Assembly: GCA_051439605.1 (NCBI GenBank)
Contig: JBFRWN010000027.1
Location: forward strand, 29,260-93,259
DNA from: Synechococcus sp.
Lineage (GTDB): Bacteria; Cyanobacteriota; Cyanobacteriia; Thermostichales; PCC-7336
DNA length: 64,000 nucleotides
Direction of reading: 5' to 3'
Shown here: piece after piece, positions 8,753 through 18,181 of the stretch
Position numbering within the stretch: the stretch's first letter is position 1
Layout of the letters: each line of letters opens with the position of its first letter
The notes under the pieces: model-generated
The model's database searches: none
What the model was told of the DNA's origin: nothing
Seen by the model: only the letters and a program-made list of their open reading frames with translations
Program-made: the position numbers and the translations under genes

Positions 8753-10330
8753 ATGAACCAACCGGTATTACCGATATCGGATGCAAACTCCACGGACAAG
8801 TCACTGCGAGTGTTGATTGTCGAAGATTCGGAAGACGATGCTCTGCTGTTGGTGCGGCAACTGCGACAGGGGGGGTATCGTGTAGAGTTCGAGCGGGTAG
8901 AAACCTCTGGTGCCATGCGTGCCGCCCTAGAAGCACAAACTTGGGATCTGGCGATCGCCGACTACACTCTGCCGCAATTTAGCGCTCCGGCGGCATTAGC
9001 CTTGCTGCAATCCATGGCTATCGACCTACCGTTTATTGTGGTGTCCGGCACGATTGGAGAGAATCGAGCGGTGGCTGCTATGAAATCGGGGGCGCACGAT
9101 TATTTAATGAAGGGCAACTTGGCTCGTCTCCTGCCCGCCATAGAACGGGAATTGCGAGAAGCCAAAGAGCGGCAACAGCGGCGCCTTGCAGAGCAGGCTC
9201 TGCGGCGGAACGAGCAGCAGTTTAGAGCCCTGATCGAAAACGCCTCCGACATTATCCTCCTGCTGGATGGAACTGGAACTGTTCGTTATGCCAGTCCCTC
9301 TGTGAGGCGTATCTTGGCCATCGATCCCAAACAGGTCCGCGGCCAGCCTTTAACCAATTGGCTTCACCCCGACGATCGCGCTGCTGCAGCCGATGTGCTG
9401 GCCTCCGTCCTTGCCACCGATGAATCTGTGAAAACTGCCGAGTGGCGCTGGCGGGATCGAGAGGGGGCTTGGCGAGTGTTTGAGGCGATCGTGAAACCCT
9501 TTAGCGATGATGCCGCGCGATTGACTGGCTGCGTGGTTAGCGCCCGTGACATTACCACCCGTTTGCGGATGGAGGAGATGCGTCGGGCTTTGGAGCGGGA
9601 GAGGGAGTTAAGCGAACTGAAACTGAGATTCTTTTCAATGGCCTCCCACGAATTTCGCACCCCCCTGAGTGTGATTTTGGTGGCTGCTCAACTCTTAGAA
9701 CATTCGGCACCGGACTGGCTCGATGCTGGAAAGCTGCGCAATTTGCACCGCATTCAGGATGCCACCAAAAGTATGAGCCAAATGCTAACGGACATTCTGA
9801 CAATTGCCAGGGCAGAGGCTCAGAAACTGGATTTCAACCCCCAACCCGTCAATTTGCTCGCCCTTTGCCGCGAAATTGTTGAAGAAATGGAGTCAGCTTA
9901 CGCTCGGCAATCCTCCAGGATTCGGCTTGCTTTTTCGGGCCAAGAGGACGTCTGTCTCGACACAAAACTGTTGCACTCAATTTGGACCAACTTACTCTCG
10001 AATGCTCTCAAGTATTCGTCGCCAGAGAATGACGTGCTGTTTAAAGTGTCAGTGGAGGATGGGTTGGCAACGTTTCAGGTGGTGGATAGGGGCATTGGGA
10101 TCCCAGAGGGCGATCTCCCGCACCTATTCGAGCTATTTTCTCGCGGTAGTAATGTAGGCAAGGTTGATGGGTCTGGCTTAGGATTGGCGGTGGTAAAAAA
10201 GTGTACCGAACGGCATGGGGGATCTGTCACTCTAGAGAGTGGGGAGGGTGTAGGCACAACCTTTATCGTCCAAATCCCTATCACCCACCGTGACAGTGCG
10301 ACTGAGGCTGTTGCAGATGTGTCGGGTTGA
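8753..10330 (+). CDS. Hybrid histidine kinase (REC-PAS-HisKA-HATPase)
   Basis: VLIVEDSEDD receiver, PAS (LHPDD), ASHEFRTPL, NALKYS, GSGLGL. Confidence 0.95.
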   Translation: MNQPVLPISDANSTDKSLRVLIVEDSEDDALLLVRQLRQGGYRVEFERVETSGAMRAALEAQTWDLAIADYTLPQFSAPAALALLQSMAIDLPFIVVSGTIGENRAVAAMKSGAHDYLMKGNLARLLPAIERELREAKERQQRRLAEQALRRNEQQFRALIENASDIILLLDGTGTVRYASPSVRRILAIDPKQVRGQPLTNWLHPDDRAAAADVLASVLATDESVKTAEWRWRDREGAWRVFEAIVKPFSDDAARLTGCVVSARDITTRLRMEEMRRALERERELSELKLRFFSMASHEFRTPLSVILVAAQLLEHSAPDWLDAGKLRNLHRIQDATKSMSQMLTDILTIARAEAQKLDFNPQPVNLLALCREIVEEMESAYARQSSRIRLAFSGQEDVCLDTKLLHSIWTNLLSNALKYSSPENDVLFKVSVEDGLATFQVVDRGIGIPEGDLPHLFELFSRGSNVGKVDGSGLGLAVVKKCTERHGGSVTLESGEGVGTTFIVQIPITHRDSATEAVADVSG

Positions 10331-10473
10331 GCGAGCCTCAGTTTGTGAGGTTGTGCTTTATGGAAACTTGAAGCAGGCCTGCAAGCATCTTTGCTGTAAC
10401 CGGTTCGAACTGCTATCACCATTCCTCAGGTAGCAGGCACCTGACAATGGGCGATGACACCTGAACTTATAAT

Positions 10474-11865
10474 CTATAGCTGCAAAATTGCTCTCGCGAT
10501 CGCAAAATAAATCAATACCCCCACCACATCCGTCACGGTGGTGATGAATGGGGCTGACATGAGGGCTGGGTCTAGCCCCAAAGCACGGAACATAAATGGC
10601 AAGCCTGCCCCTGCCACAGAAGCCAATGTGGAAATGCTAACCAAGCTCATGCCCACCGATATGGCTACCCGTAGATCTTGCTGTAAAGCATAGGCCCACC
10701 CCATCGCCACTAACCCCAGCATTAACCCCAACAAAGCGCCTGCAGCAAATTCACGAGCAATAACCGTCCCAGCCCCTCTACTTTCGATTTCTTCAGTGTT
10801 AAGTCCGCGAATCACAACGGTGGAGGATTGTGCCCCCACATTACCGCCTGTGCCTGTTAGCAGGGGAATGAACGACGCTAACACGATGACTTGCTGGAGC
10901 AATTCCTTCTGTCCGTTGATGATGCTGCCGGTGACGGTGTTGGTGAACAGCAACACAAATAACCAAACGACCCGTCGGCGAGCCACCGTCAATAAGTTGG
11001 TCTGGAAGTAGTCCTCTCGGCCAGCTTGAACCCCCCCTAGGCTGTAGATATCTTCCGTGGTCTCTTCTTCCAGAATGTCAATAATATCGTCGACGGTAAT
11101 GATGCCCACCAATCGGTGTTCTGCATCGACAACAGGGGCAGCAATAAAGTCATAGCGCTGGATAATGCGGGCCACTTCCTCTTGGTCGGTGTCGGTGGTC
11201 ACCGACACAACATCCCGAGTCATAATTTCCCCAATGGTTTGGTTGGGATAGGCTGTCACCAAGTCCCGCAACGACAAGATGCCAGTCAGGCGGCGAGCGG
11301 CGTCGGTGACGTACAGGTAATAGACCGTTTCGGTTTCATCGGCTAGGCTGCGGATGCGATCGATGGCCTGGGTTACCGTAAAAGTCTCTTTCAGAGAGAT
11401 GTACTCGGGCGTCATGATGCGCCCGGCAGTATTGGGTTCGTAGCCTAAAAGTAAGGCTGTTGCTTGCCGCTCTGCTGGGCTCAGTTGGCCCACAATTTTG
11501 GCAATTACCTTGGCGGGCAGCTCGTCAAACAGGCGGGCGCGATCGTCGGGGGACATCTTATCGACAATGTCCAGCACCTCTTGTCGCTTGAACTCTTCGA
11601 TCAGCGTTTGCTGCACACTGGAATCCAGCTGCTCGTAAACCTCGATAGATTCGTCTTTAGAGAGCAATCGAAAAGCGATCGCCTGTTTTGCCTCTGGCAA
11701 TCCTTCGATCGCTTCGGCAATGTCAGCCGGACGCACAGGAACCAGTAACGACTTTGCCCCCTGCAAATTTCCCTCTTCCAGCAACCTTTCAAGCTGCATG
11801 CGCACTAAATGCCGCAGCTCCGCGCGCTCTTCCACCGTGGGAGTTAAGGGACGAATGTCGGACAA
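10474..11865 (-). CDS. mgtE: Magnesium transporter MgtE
   Basis: N-domain, CBS pair (AGRIMTPEY), GGNVGAQS and DPALMSAPFITTVTD. Confidence 0.97.
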   Translation of the reverse strand: MSDIRPLTPTVEERAELRHLVRMQLERLLEEGNLQGAKSLLVPVRPADIAEAIEGLPEAKQAIAFRLLSKDESIEVYEQLDSSVQQTLIEEFKRQEVLDIVDKMSPDDRARLFDELPAKVIAKIVGQLSPAERQATALLLGYEPNTAGRIMTPEYISLKETFTVTQAIDRIRSLADETETVYYLYVTDAARRLTGILSLRDLVTAYPNQTIGEIMTRDVVSVTTDTDQEEVARIIQRYDFIAAPVVDAEHRLVGIITVDDIIDILEEETTEDIYSLGGVQAGREDYFQTNLLTVARRRVVWLFVLLFTNTVTGSIINGQKELLQQVIVLASFIPLLTGTGGNVGAQSSTVVIRGLNTEEIESRGAGTVIAREFAAGALLGLMLGLVAMGWAYALQQDLRVAISVGMSLVSISTLASVAGAGLPFMFRALGLDPALMSAPFITTVTDVVGVLIYFAIARAILQL

Positions 11866-11982
11866 CGGTATGCCTCAACTTGCGCGTTCCAAATTGACCT
11901 GAACTTAGTCTAGTGCCATAAGTGGCATTGTTAGTGTTCCCCTGGATGCGCTTCGAATTCGGTGTGAGCGATTGCGAAGGCT

Positions 11983-13458
11983 TTACGGTGACGTAGCAAC
12001 AAGTTTTTGGAGGACAAAGTGGATATCCACCATCGCTTGAGTATCTAAACGGCAGTAATCCCGAAGTGCATTCGCCATCTGCTGTTTGTCGGCTGGGTTT
12101 GTAGATGCAATCATCTTGAGCCAGTGAGCCTGCGCGTCGTCCCCCTTCTGCACTTGCAGACTGTCGTATTGAATCCGATCTGGGCAAAGGACAGGAAAGA
12201 CTCTCTTGATAGAATTCGACCCTTGAAAACCGGGATGGTGGTAGTGTTGCCGAAAGATGTCCAGCTGGTCCCATAAGCGCACGATCGCCGACTCTAAAGG
12301 GGTGGCCAAAGTAGGAAATGTGAGGGCTAGTCCTTTCAACACCCTCTTTTCAAACGAAGCAGAATAAGCCACAACTGAGCCGACCGGCTGGAGGTGCGTG
12401 ACTAGCGAGAGCGCTAGAGGTTCTCTGGGGTCACTGGTGTCATCGTGCAAAAATTCATAATGGTCGACGGAGCCGTCGGCTTGTAAAACGTGACAACTGT
12501 ATTGAAAGGGATAGGCTTCGTAGGGGGTGAGGCCATCAAGTAAGGGAATGGCAGGGTTGATGGTTTCAAAATCCAGAAAATGAATCGGGTAGGTTAGTTC
12601 GGATAATGCTGCCACTATGCCTGGCAGATCGATCTGAATTTGGTTGCTTCGGATCAGTTCGACATACTGTTTTTGAGTGTTGGAGAGGGGATAGTCCGTT
12701 GGAATATCAAGGATGTGCAGAATTCCCTGCGCACATAAATCTGATTTTTTGCTGGCATGTAGGCGAGGGATGGTAAAGATCGATCGATCGGGCACGTGCT
12801 TCCAACAGCACTCTTTAAAGGGGCATGGATTGGGCTTCGAGCAGCGATCGCCAATATCGATGTCCGGGCAGTTGGTTTGTGCTAAAGTCCTCGACACCAG
12901 TTGCAACTGATGTTCGAACTCCGACAGACGTCCTAAGACAATCTCGGTTAATGGCTCGCGAATGAAAAAGTTAGATAGATCGGGGAATGTACAGTCTTTA
13001 CCGTTGACTCTGAGCAAGTCAATATTTCGGATGGAGAACCCTAATTTTTGCAAGATATAGCTTTGAAAGGCGAGATCCTCGATATGCTCGGGCTTCACTT
13101 TTGTTGCTGATTTAACTTCGACCAGACCCCAACTACCATCGCGATGATTTTCTAGGACATCGCACTTGATATAGAGATCTTGATATGCAAAAGCGGCTTC
13201 AAAAATAAAGGATATACCCGCCTGCATCATCTGCCGCGTATTAGCGATCGCGTGGTGGCGATCTCTGCTATCCACTAGCTGTCCGCCAGGAAAATATCCC
13301 CAAGCAAACCGTCCCACTTCGCTGCCCTGATCGATGATTCTCTGTTGAGAAGGTGACAGCGGCGGTTGGAGCTCCGGTTGATGCACCTCTAGCCATAGTC
13401 GTTTGGGACACTGCAGCCAACTGAGATAGCGGGATTTGGTTAATTCTGCCATCGCCAA
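11983..13458 (-). CDS. DUF2779-type nuclease: RecB/Cas4-like PD-(D/E)xK domain plus RNase H-like domain
   Basis: LTKSRYLSWLQCPKRLWL, CD...VEVKS, C..P..CPFKECC, FLDFET, YSASFE, YCRLDT. Confidence 0.8.
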   Translation of the reverse strand: MAMAELTKSRYLSWLQCPKRLWLEVHQPELQPPLSPSQQRIIDQGSEVGRFAWGYFPGGQLVDSRDRHHAIANTRQMMQAGISFIFEAAFAYQDLYIKCDVLENHRDGSWGLVEVKSATKVKPEHIEDLAFQSYILQKLGFSIRNIDLLRVNGKDCTFPDLSNFFIREPLTEIVLGRLSEFEHQLQLVSRTLAQTNCPDIDIGDRCSKPNPCPFKECCWKHVPDRSIFTIPRLHASKKSDLCAQGILHILDIPTDYPLSNTQKQYVELIRSNQIQIDLPGIVAALSELTYPIHFLDFETINPAIPLLDGLTPYEAYPFQYSCHVLQADGSVDHYEFLHDDTSDPREPLALSLVTHLQPVGSVVAYSASFEKRVLKGLALTFPTLATPLESAIVRLWDQLDIFRQHYHHPGFQGSNSIKRVFPVLCPDRIQYDSLQVQKGDDAQAHWLKMIASTNPADKQQMANALRDYCRLDTQAMVDIHFVLQKLVATSP

Positions 13459-13555
13459 TCTCAGCTATGGGACATTTTTCTAATGGCTAGAAGCGACTGG
13501 AAAACCCCTTTTTGCACAAGCTATGGAGGGAAGCCCCTAGAGGGTTGGACATGCG

Positions 13556-14242
13556 CTACCCCAGCCGAGAAACCGCGAAGGGCAAAGCTGCAACCTCCTG
13601 TTCCCCCAGCTTGCAACTCCAAACTTTGTCTTTAGAATTCCAACGAAACCCTGCTTCCTTAGCGAGATTGCGGTCGGTATAGCTCACATGTGCCCGGTAG
13701 AGGTATTTGGGCTGCATGGCGACAGCAAATAAAGTCTCTAGATCGTCAACGCGATCGAACAGCATGGCGATCAGCTGACAATCGGTGAGGGCGCGATGGG
13801 CTGCGTTTACCCCAATTCCGTAATCTAGAGCCAGACTGACCAAAGACCCTCCTTGTTTGGCAGCCAGCGGCCACCGAAAGTCGCTCATGGTACAGAGCCA
13901 GGGGAGAGGTACGTCTCCTTTCATGAGTTCGGGAAGGGGGTGACCGTCGAACCACTGGCGATCGAAGCTGGCGTTATGGGCGATCGCGTAGTCCGCCTCA
14001 TGGACTAGCCGTTTGAAGATATCCAAGGATTGCTGCAGCAAGGGGGGGGAAACTGCGCGGGAGGCAGCAGCAGAGATGCCGTTGAGCTTTTCCTGTGGGT
14101 TGACTTCGGTGGGTAGCAGGACCGAGAGCTGGTGCAGAGTGCTTTGGTGGGTGCAGGAATAGAGAATGGCCCCCAGTTCAATAACGCGATGCTGTTTCGG
14201 ATCGAGTCCAGTGGTTTCTGTATCGATGATGAGTACGTTCAT
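13556..14242 (-). CDS. DEDDh (DnaQ-like) 3'-5' exonuclease
   Basis: IIDTETTG, AHNASFD, HRALTDC. Start placed at the Met of MNVLIIDTE. Confidence 0.9.
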   Translation of the reverse strand: MNVLIIDTETTGLDPKQHRVIELGAILYSCTHQSTLHQLSVLLPTEVNPQEKLNGISAAASRAVSPPLLQQSLDIFKRLVHEADYAIAHNASFDRQWFDGHPLPELMKGDVPLPWLCTMSDFRWPLAAKQGGSLVSLALDYGIGVNAAHRALTDCQLIAMLFDRVDDLETLFAVAMQPKYLYRAHVSYTDRNLAKEAGFRWNSKDKVWSCKLGEQEVAALPFAVSRLG

Positions 14243-14742
14243 GGTGCCGAGCATCCGATGGCTTGCAATGTGTTGTACTCGATCCATCAGATTTTGGCTG
14301 CTGCAAGCAGGCTAGTTCCCTGTTTTGCAAGTCATCACAAAATAGCCACCCCAAGTTACTTGAGGTGGCCACCGCATTAAGAACCAGCCTAAAAAACCGA
14401 CTTGGCTGGCGAGATGTAATGAAAGTAGGACCTACCGAAAAAGACAATATCTGGAAAAAAGATGGCCTCAATCCGTCGTTATGAATCTTTAATCATGCTC
14501 CTAGTTCCCCCCTCCCTGCAACGCCACATGGTTATTGAGCTGGAGGCTGAGAACAGAATTCTGAAATTTCCCTGAACTTTGTATGAGTCAACCTTTAGAT
14601 GGAATTCAGCCGAGCATTGTCATGAACTGAGGTTGCTCTTAGCTAAGGCCCATGTAATGGCAATATGCATTCCATCACGTGAATGACAACACCGACTTGA
14701 ATGATGACACCAGATACCGATAGCGCGAACGGAGACAGGGTC

Positions 14743-14883
14743 ATGGCTGTAAGCAAAAATTTCTTGGCAACTGTCGTATTTGTCCTAACTGCAGGCGTAC
14801 TTCTAGCCTCTACTCCCATGTCTACTCAATTGACTGACTCGGCGTTGACCGACACCCCCCAGCATGTACCAGATCACTATTAG
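14743..14883 (+). CDS. Small secreted or membrane-anchored hypothetical protein (46 aa)
   Basis: GGAGA RBS before the ATG and a hydrophobic N-terminal helix. Confidence 0.4.
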   Translation: MAVSKNFLATVVFVLTAGVLLASTPMSTQLTDSALTDTPQHVPDHY

Positions 14884-15031
14884 GTTATTGGAGCGAATAG
14901 TTTGCACTAATCCATCGCTCACAGTTATCGAAGTGGATTTGTACCTGAGGCCAGCGTATTTAGCCTCTGTATACGATTGAAAATTATCAAATTGCCGTTG
15001 AGGGCTGAGCTGCAGCGGCATAATAGAAACA

Positions 15032-16201
15032 TTGCTTCACTTACTCTCCATGAACCATTTACCTAGGCGATCGCTCTCCTGGGCACTTTGCCAAACAGCA
15101 GGGCTATGTCTCGCTCTAATTCTTTTCCAAATTCCCTCGATAGACACTGCTCGGGCAGACAGCCCCCCCATAGCAGTTTTAGATAATACGAACAGTCAGC
15201 TGCTGGCTCAGGCTATACCCATCTCTGACCCCAATTTTGTGGCAGACGCGGTAGAGCGGGTGGGCCCTGCCGTGGTCCGCATTAATTCCTCGCGTACCGT
15301 TGGTCCCTCGAGCCCTTTAAGTAGTAGAGGCTTCGAGCAGCGGGGGGAGGGCTCGGGCTTCATTGTGACGGAAGACGGGTTGGTTTTCACCAATTCCCAC
15401 GTCGTTGAAGGGGCAGATCGAGTTGAGGTAGTGCTCAAAGATGGGCGAATCTTTGAAGGTGAGGTGTTGGGGGCCGATCCTCTCACAGATGTGGCTGTGG
15501 TCAAGATTGATGCTGATGGGTTACCCTTAGCCGCAATTGGGGATTCGCGCCTGTTGACCCCTGGCGAATGGGCGATCGCCATCGGGAATCCCTTGGGTCT
15601 AGATAATACGGTCACTGTTGGCATCGTCAGTGCCGTTGGCCGCTCTGCGGCAGATGTTGGTATTCCCATGCAACGGGCGCAGTTTATCCAAACTGATGCA
15701 GCCATTAACCCCGGGAACTCTGGCGGGCCTCTTTTGAACGAGCAAGGTCAGGTGATCGCAATCAACACTGCTATTATTCGCGGTGCCAATGGCATTGGTT
15801 TTGCTGTCCCCATTCGGACAGCCCAAAGAATTGCTAACCAACTGGTTGCAACCGGCCATGTGAGTCGCGCCTATCTAGGTATTCAGATGAGTACGCTGGA
15901 TGCTGATTTACGGGACCGCATCAATGCCGATCCGCGGGCTACGTTTCAGGTGGATGCCGAACGGGGAGTCATCGTGCAGTCTGTGGCCCCAGATGGTCCT
16001 GCTGCCCAAGGTGGATTGAGGGCAGGAGATGTCATCCTGAAAATCGATGGCAAAAAAATTCTGAACTCTAACCAATTGCAGCAGTATGTAGAGTTTGCCT
16101 CTGTTGGCGATTCTCTGGATATCACGGTGCTCCGCAACGGCAGCGAACGCACCTTCTCCGTTATAACCACAGAATTTCCCCTGGAATTGGTGTCTCGTTG
16201 A
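15032..16201 (+). CDS. HtrA/Deg (HhoA/HhoB-type) serine protease with PDZ domain
   Basis: TNSHVV, DVAVVKI, TDAAINPGNSGGPL and C-terminal PDZ. Confidence 0.95.
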   Translation: MLHLLSMNHLPRRSLSWALCQTAGLCLALILFQIPSIDTARADSPPIAVLDNTNSQLLAQAIPISDPNFVADAVERVGPAVVRINSSRTVGPSSPLSSRGFEQRGEGSGFIVTEDGLVFTNSHVVEGADRVEVVLKDGRIFEGEVLGADPLTDVAVVKIDADGLPLAAIGDSRLLTPGEWAIAIGNPLGLDNTVTVGIVSAVGRSAADVGIPMQRAQFIQTDAAINPGNSGGPLLNEQGQVIAINTAIIRGANGIGFAVPIRTAQRIANQLVATGHVSRAYLGIQMSTLDADLRDRINADPRATFQVDAERGVIVQSVAPDGPAAQGGLRAGDVILKIDGKKILNSNQLQQYVEFASVGDSLDITVLRNGSERTFSVITTEFPLELVSR

Positions 16202-16258
16202 ACCAACTATGGCAACTGTTAGAAACAAGTTATGCTGAAAGCAGATTTTTGAAGAAAC

Positions 16259-16420
16259 ATGAAGTCTTTTGTCACTCAGTATGTCTTTCCTTTCCTGATT
16301 TTTCTGGTATTTCTGTTTGCATTGGTAGCGGTGAGTGCTCGTGCATTCCTACCGGATGATATGGCTTCCCCTGCTCCTATTGATGAGTTGGCTGCCATCT
16401 CCCGGACCATTTCCGGGTAG
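16259..16420 (+). CDS. Small single-TM cyanobacterial protein (53 aa), absent from the ORF track
   Basis: MKSFVTQYVFPFLIFLVFLFALVAVSARAFLPDDMASPAPIDELAAISRTISG*. The stop is 2 nt before the GNAT start. Confidence 0.7.
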   Translation: MKSFVTQYVFPFLIFLVFLFALVAVSARAFLPDDMASPAPIDELAAISRTISG

Positions 16421-16422
16421 CA

Positions 16423-16941
16423 ATGTCTTCTCTTCCTTCTGTCGAGCTGCCATCTGGTTTTCAGTGGCGGTTGGGGACCAGAGGAGATCGCGCAGCTTTG
16501 TTGCATCACCTTCAATTGGCTTTCGCGGAAGCCTTTCCCCAACAAACTTCCTGGAAACATTTGTCCCAAACGGTTGATCGATACTTCGAGCCACTGTCTG
16601 TCCCAGTTTGGTGGATCGATTCGCTCCAACCTTTGCAAAAAGCCTCTCCGCGCTCGGCCTCACCCGCTGGGTTTGTGTGGGCCTGTCGCGGTACGGGGCA
16701 GATGACGGGTCAGTCAGTGGCTTACATCTTAGCTCTGTGGGTGGCTCCAAGCTGCCGCCGGCAAGGACTTGGGTCGGCTGCAATCCAGGCTGTGGAAGAG
16801 TGGGGAAAGAATCACGCCTGTGAGGCGATTGAACTGCAAGTGTTTATTCAAAATTCGGCCGCGCAATCGTTTTACCGTCACAACGGTTTTGCGGTAGGGG
16901 GTATGTGGATGCAACGTCAGTTGACTGCCCGCCAGGGTTAG
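16423..16941 (+). CDS. GNAT-family N-acetyltransferase
   Basis: VAPSCRRQGLGS acetyl-CoA motif and N..AQSFY...GF. Confidence 0.9.
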   Translation: MSSLPSVELPSGFQWRLGTRGDRAALLHHLQLAFAEAFPQQTSWKHLSQTVDRYFEPLSVPVWWIDSLQPLQKASPRSASPAGFVWACRGTGQMTGQSVAYILALWVAPSCRRQGLGSAAIQAVEEWGKNHACEAIELQVFIQNSAAQSFYRHNGFAVGGMWMQRQLTARQG

Positions 16942-17139
16942 TCGCCGATCTGGGTCATATCGCGATCGTTAAGTTGCTTAGGGTTGTCATCTGCCGAAAC
17001 CCTCACTGGGTATCGAGATGCCAGTACCAATTGAAATGCCCCCAGCTATAGGTTCGTGGTGTGAGGCTGGAAGCAATGGGTTGCTTCCAATGTTGATTTT
17101 CAAAAATGGTTCACTCTTCTATACATATGAGATGGTGCT

Positions 17140-17901
17140 GTGTTGAATCCGAAAGTGATTTTCTTCGATGCGGTTGGAACGCTGTTCAGGGTGCGGGGCA
17201 GCGTGGGTTACGTCTACAGTCAAATTGCTGCTGACTTCGGTGTTGAGGCCAAGCCAGAAGTTGTCGATCGCCACTTTTATGCTGCATTTAAGGCTGCGCC
17301 TCCTGCGGCTTTTCCTGGCGCAGGCGCGCAGTTACCCCAACTGGAGCGCGACTGGTGGCAAGCCCTTGTGAAACAAACGTTTGCAAATGTTGGGGTGCTG
17401 GACAAATTTCGGGATTTTCCCCGCTACTTTCGAGAGGTGTTCGATATTTTTGAAACGGATGAAGTCTGGGAGCTTTATCCGGATACGTTACCTGTCTTAG
17501 AGTCCTTGGCTCGTCGACAGCAAACGGTATCGATGATTTCAAACTTTGACTCTCGTCTGTATAAGGTCCTGTCTGCGGTGGGTTTGGATGGTATCTTTCA
17601 CACCGTGACAATCTCAACCGCTGTGGGTGCTGCTAAACCTAGCTCTGATGTCTTTAAAGCTGCCCTGCGAGTAGAAAATATTTCACCTGCCGAAGCATTG
17701 CATGTGGGTGACCATCAACGGCAGGATTACCAAGGTGCTAAGCAAGCGGGCTTGCAAGCCCTGTGGCTGCATCGAACTCAACCTATGATGCTGCTCGACG
17801 AAGAGCAGGCCCCCAAATCGGATACCATTGCTGACTTGTCGGGGATTTTGGAGCGTTTGGGAACGACCTCTGCGGCCAAACCAGTGGCTTCGATTGGCTA
17901 A
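17140..17901 (+). CDS. HAD-superfamily hydrolase
   Basis: FFDAVGTLF, ISNFD, KP, HVGD...DY. Confidence 0.93.
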   Translation: MLNPKVIFFDAVGTLFRVRGSVGYVYSQIAADFGVEAKPEVVDRHFYAAFKAAPPAAFPGAGAQLPQLERDWWQALVKQTFANVGVLDKFRDFPRYFREVFDIFETDEVWELYPDTLPVLESLARRQQTVSMISNFDSRLYKVLSAVGLDGIFHTVTISTAVGAAKPSSDVFKAALRVENISPAEALHVGDHQRQDYQGAKQAGLQALWLHRTQPMMLLDEEQAPKSDTIADLSGILERLGTTSAAKPVASIG

Positions 17902-18181
17902 GAACTTCCTTTCAGCATTGCAATAGCGACCGTCGAGTTGCTTAGGACATTTTAGCTATCCCCATTCATGACGGGGCATAGGGACTTACGTCCTCACTAA
18001 AATGTCAAAGACTATATGACTGTCGTGATTGGGTTGCTGTGAATGGTGCTCGGGACATCTCATCCGCATGCAAAATCTAAATGGTCTGAGGGCAAAAGCC
18101 CTTGGACCGCGAGCAACAGACACTCTATGGGTTATTCCTTAGGTGCCGTACCCGACGAATCACCTCGTCGATGAGCGGCTC

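Noticed and set aside
15208..16783. Long antisense ORFs opposite htrA and the GNAT gene (and similar shadow ORFs elsewhere)
   Set aside because: They fully overlap well-supported genes and have no recognisable motifs.
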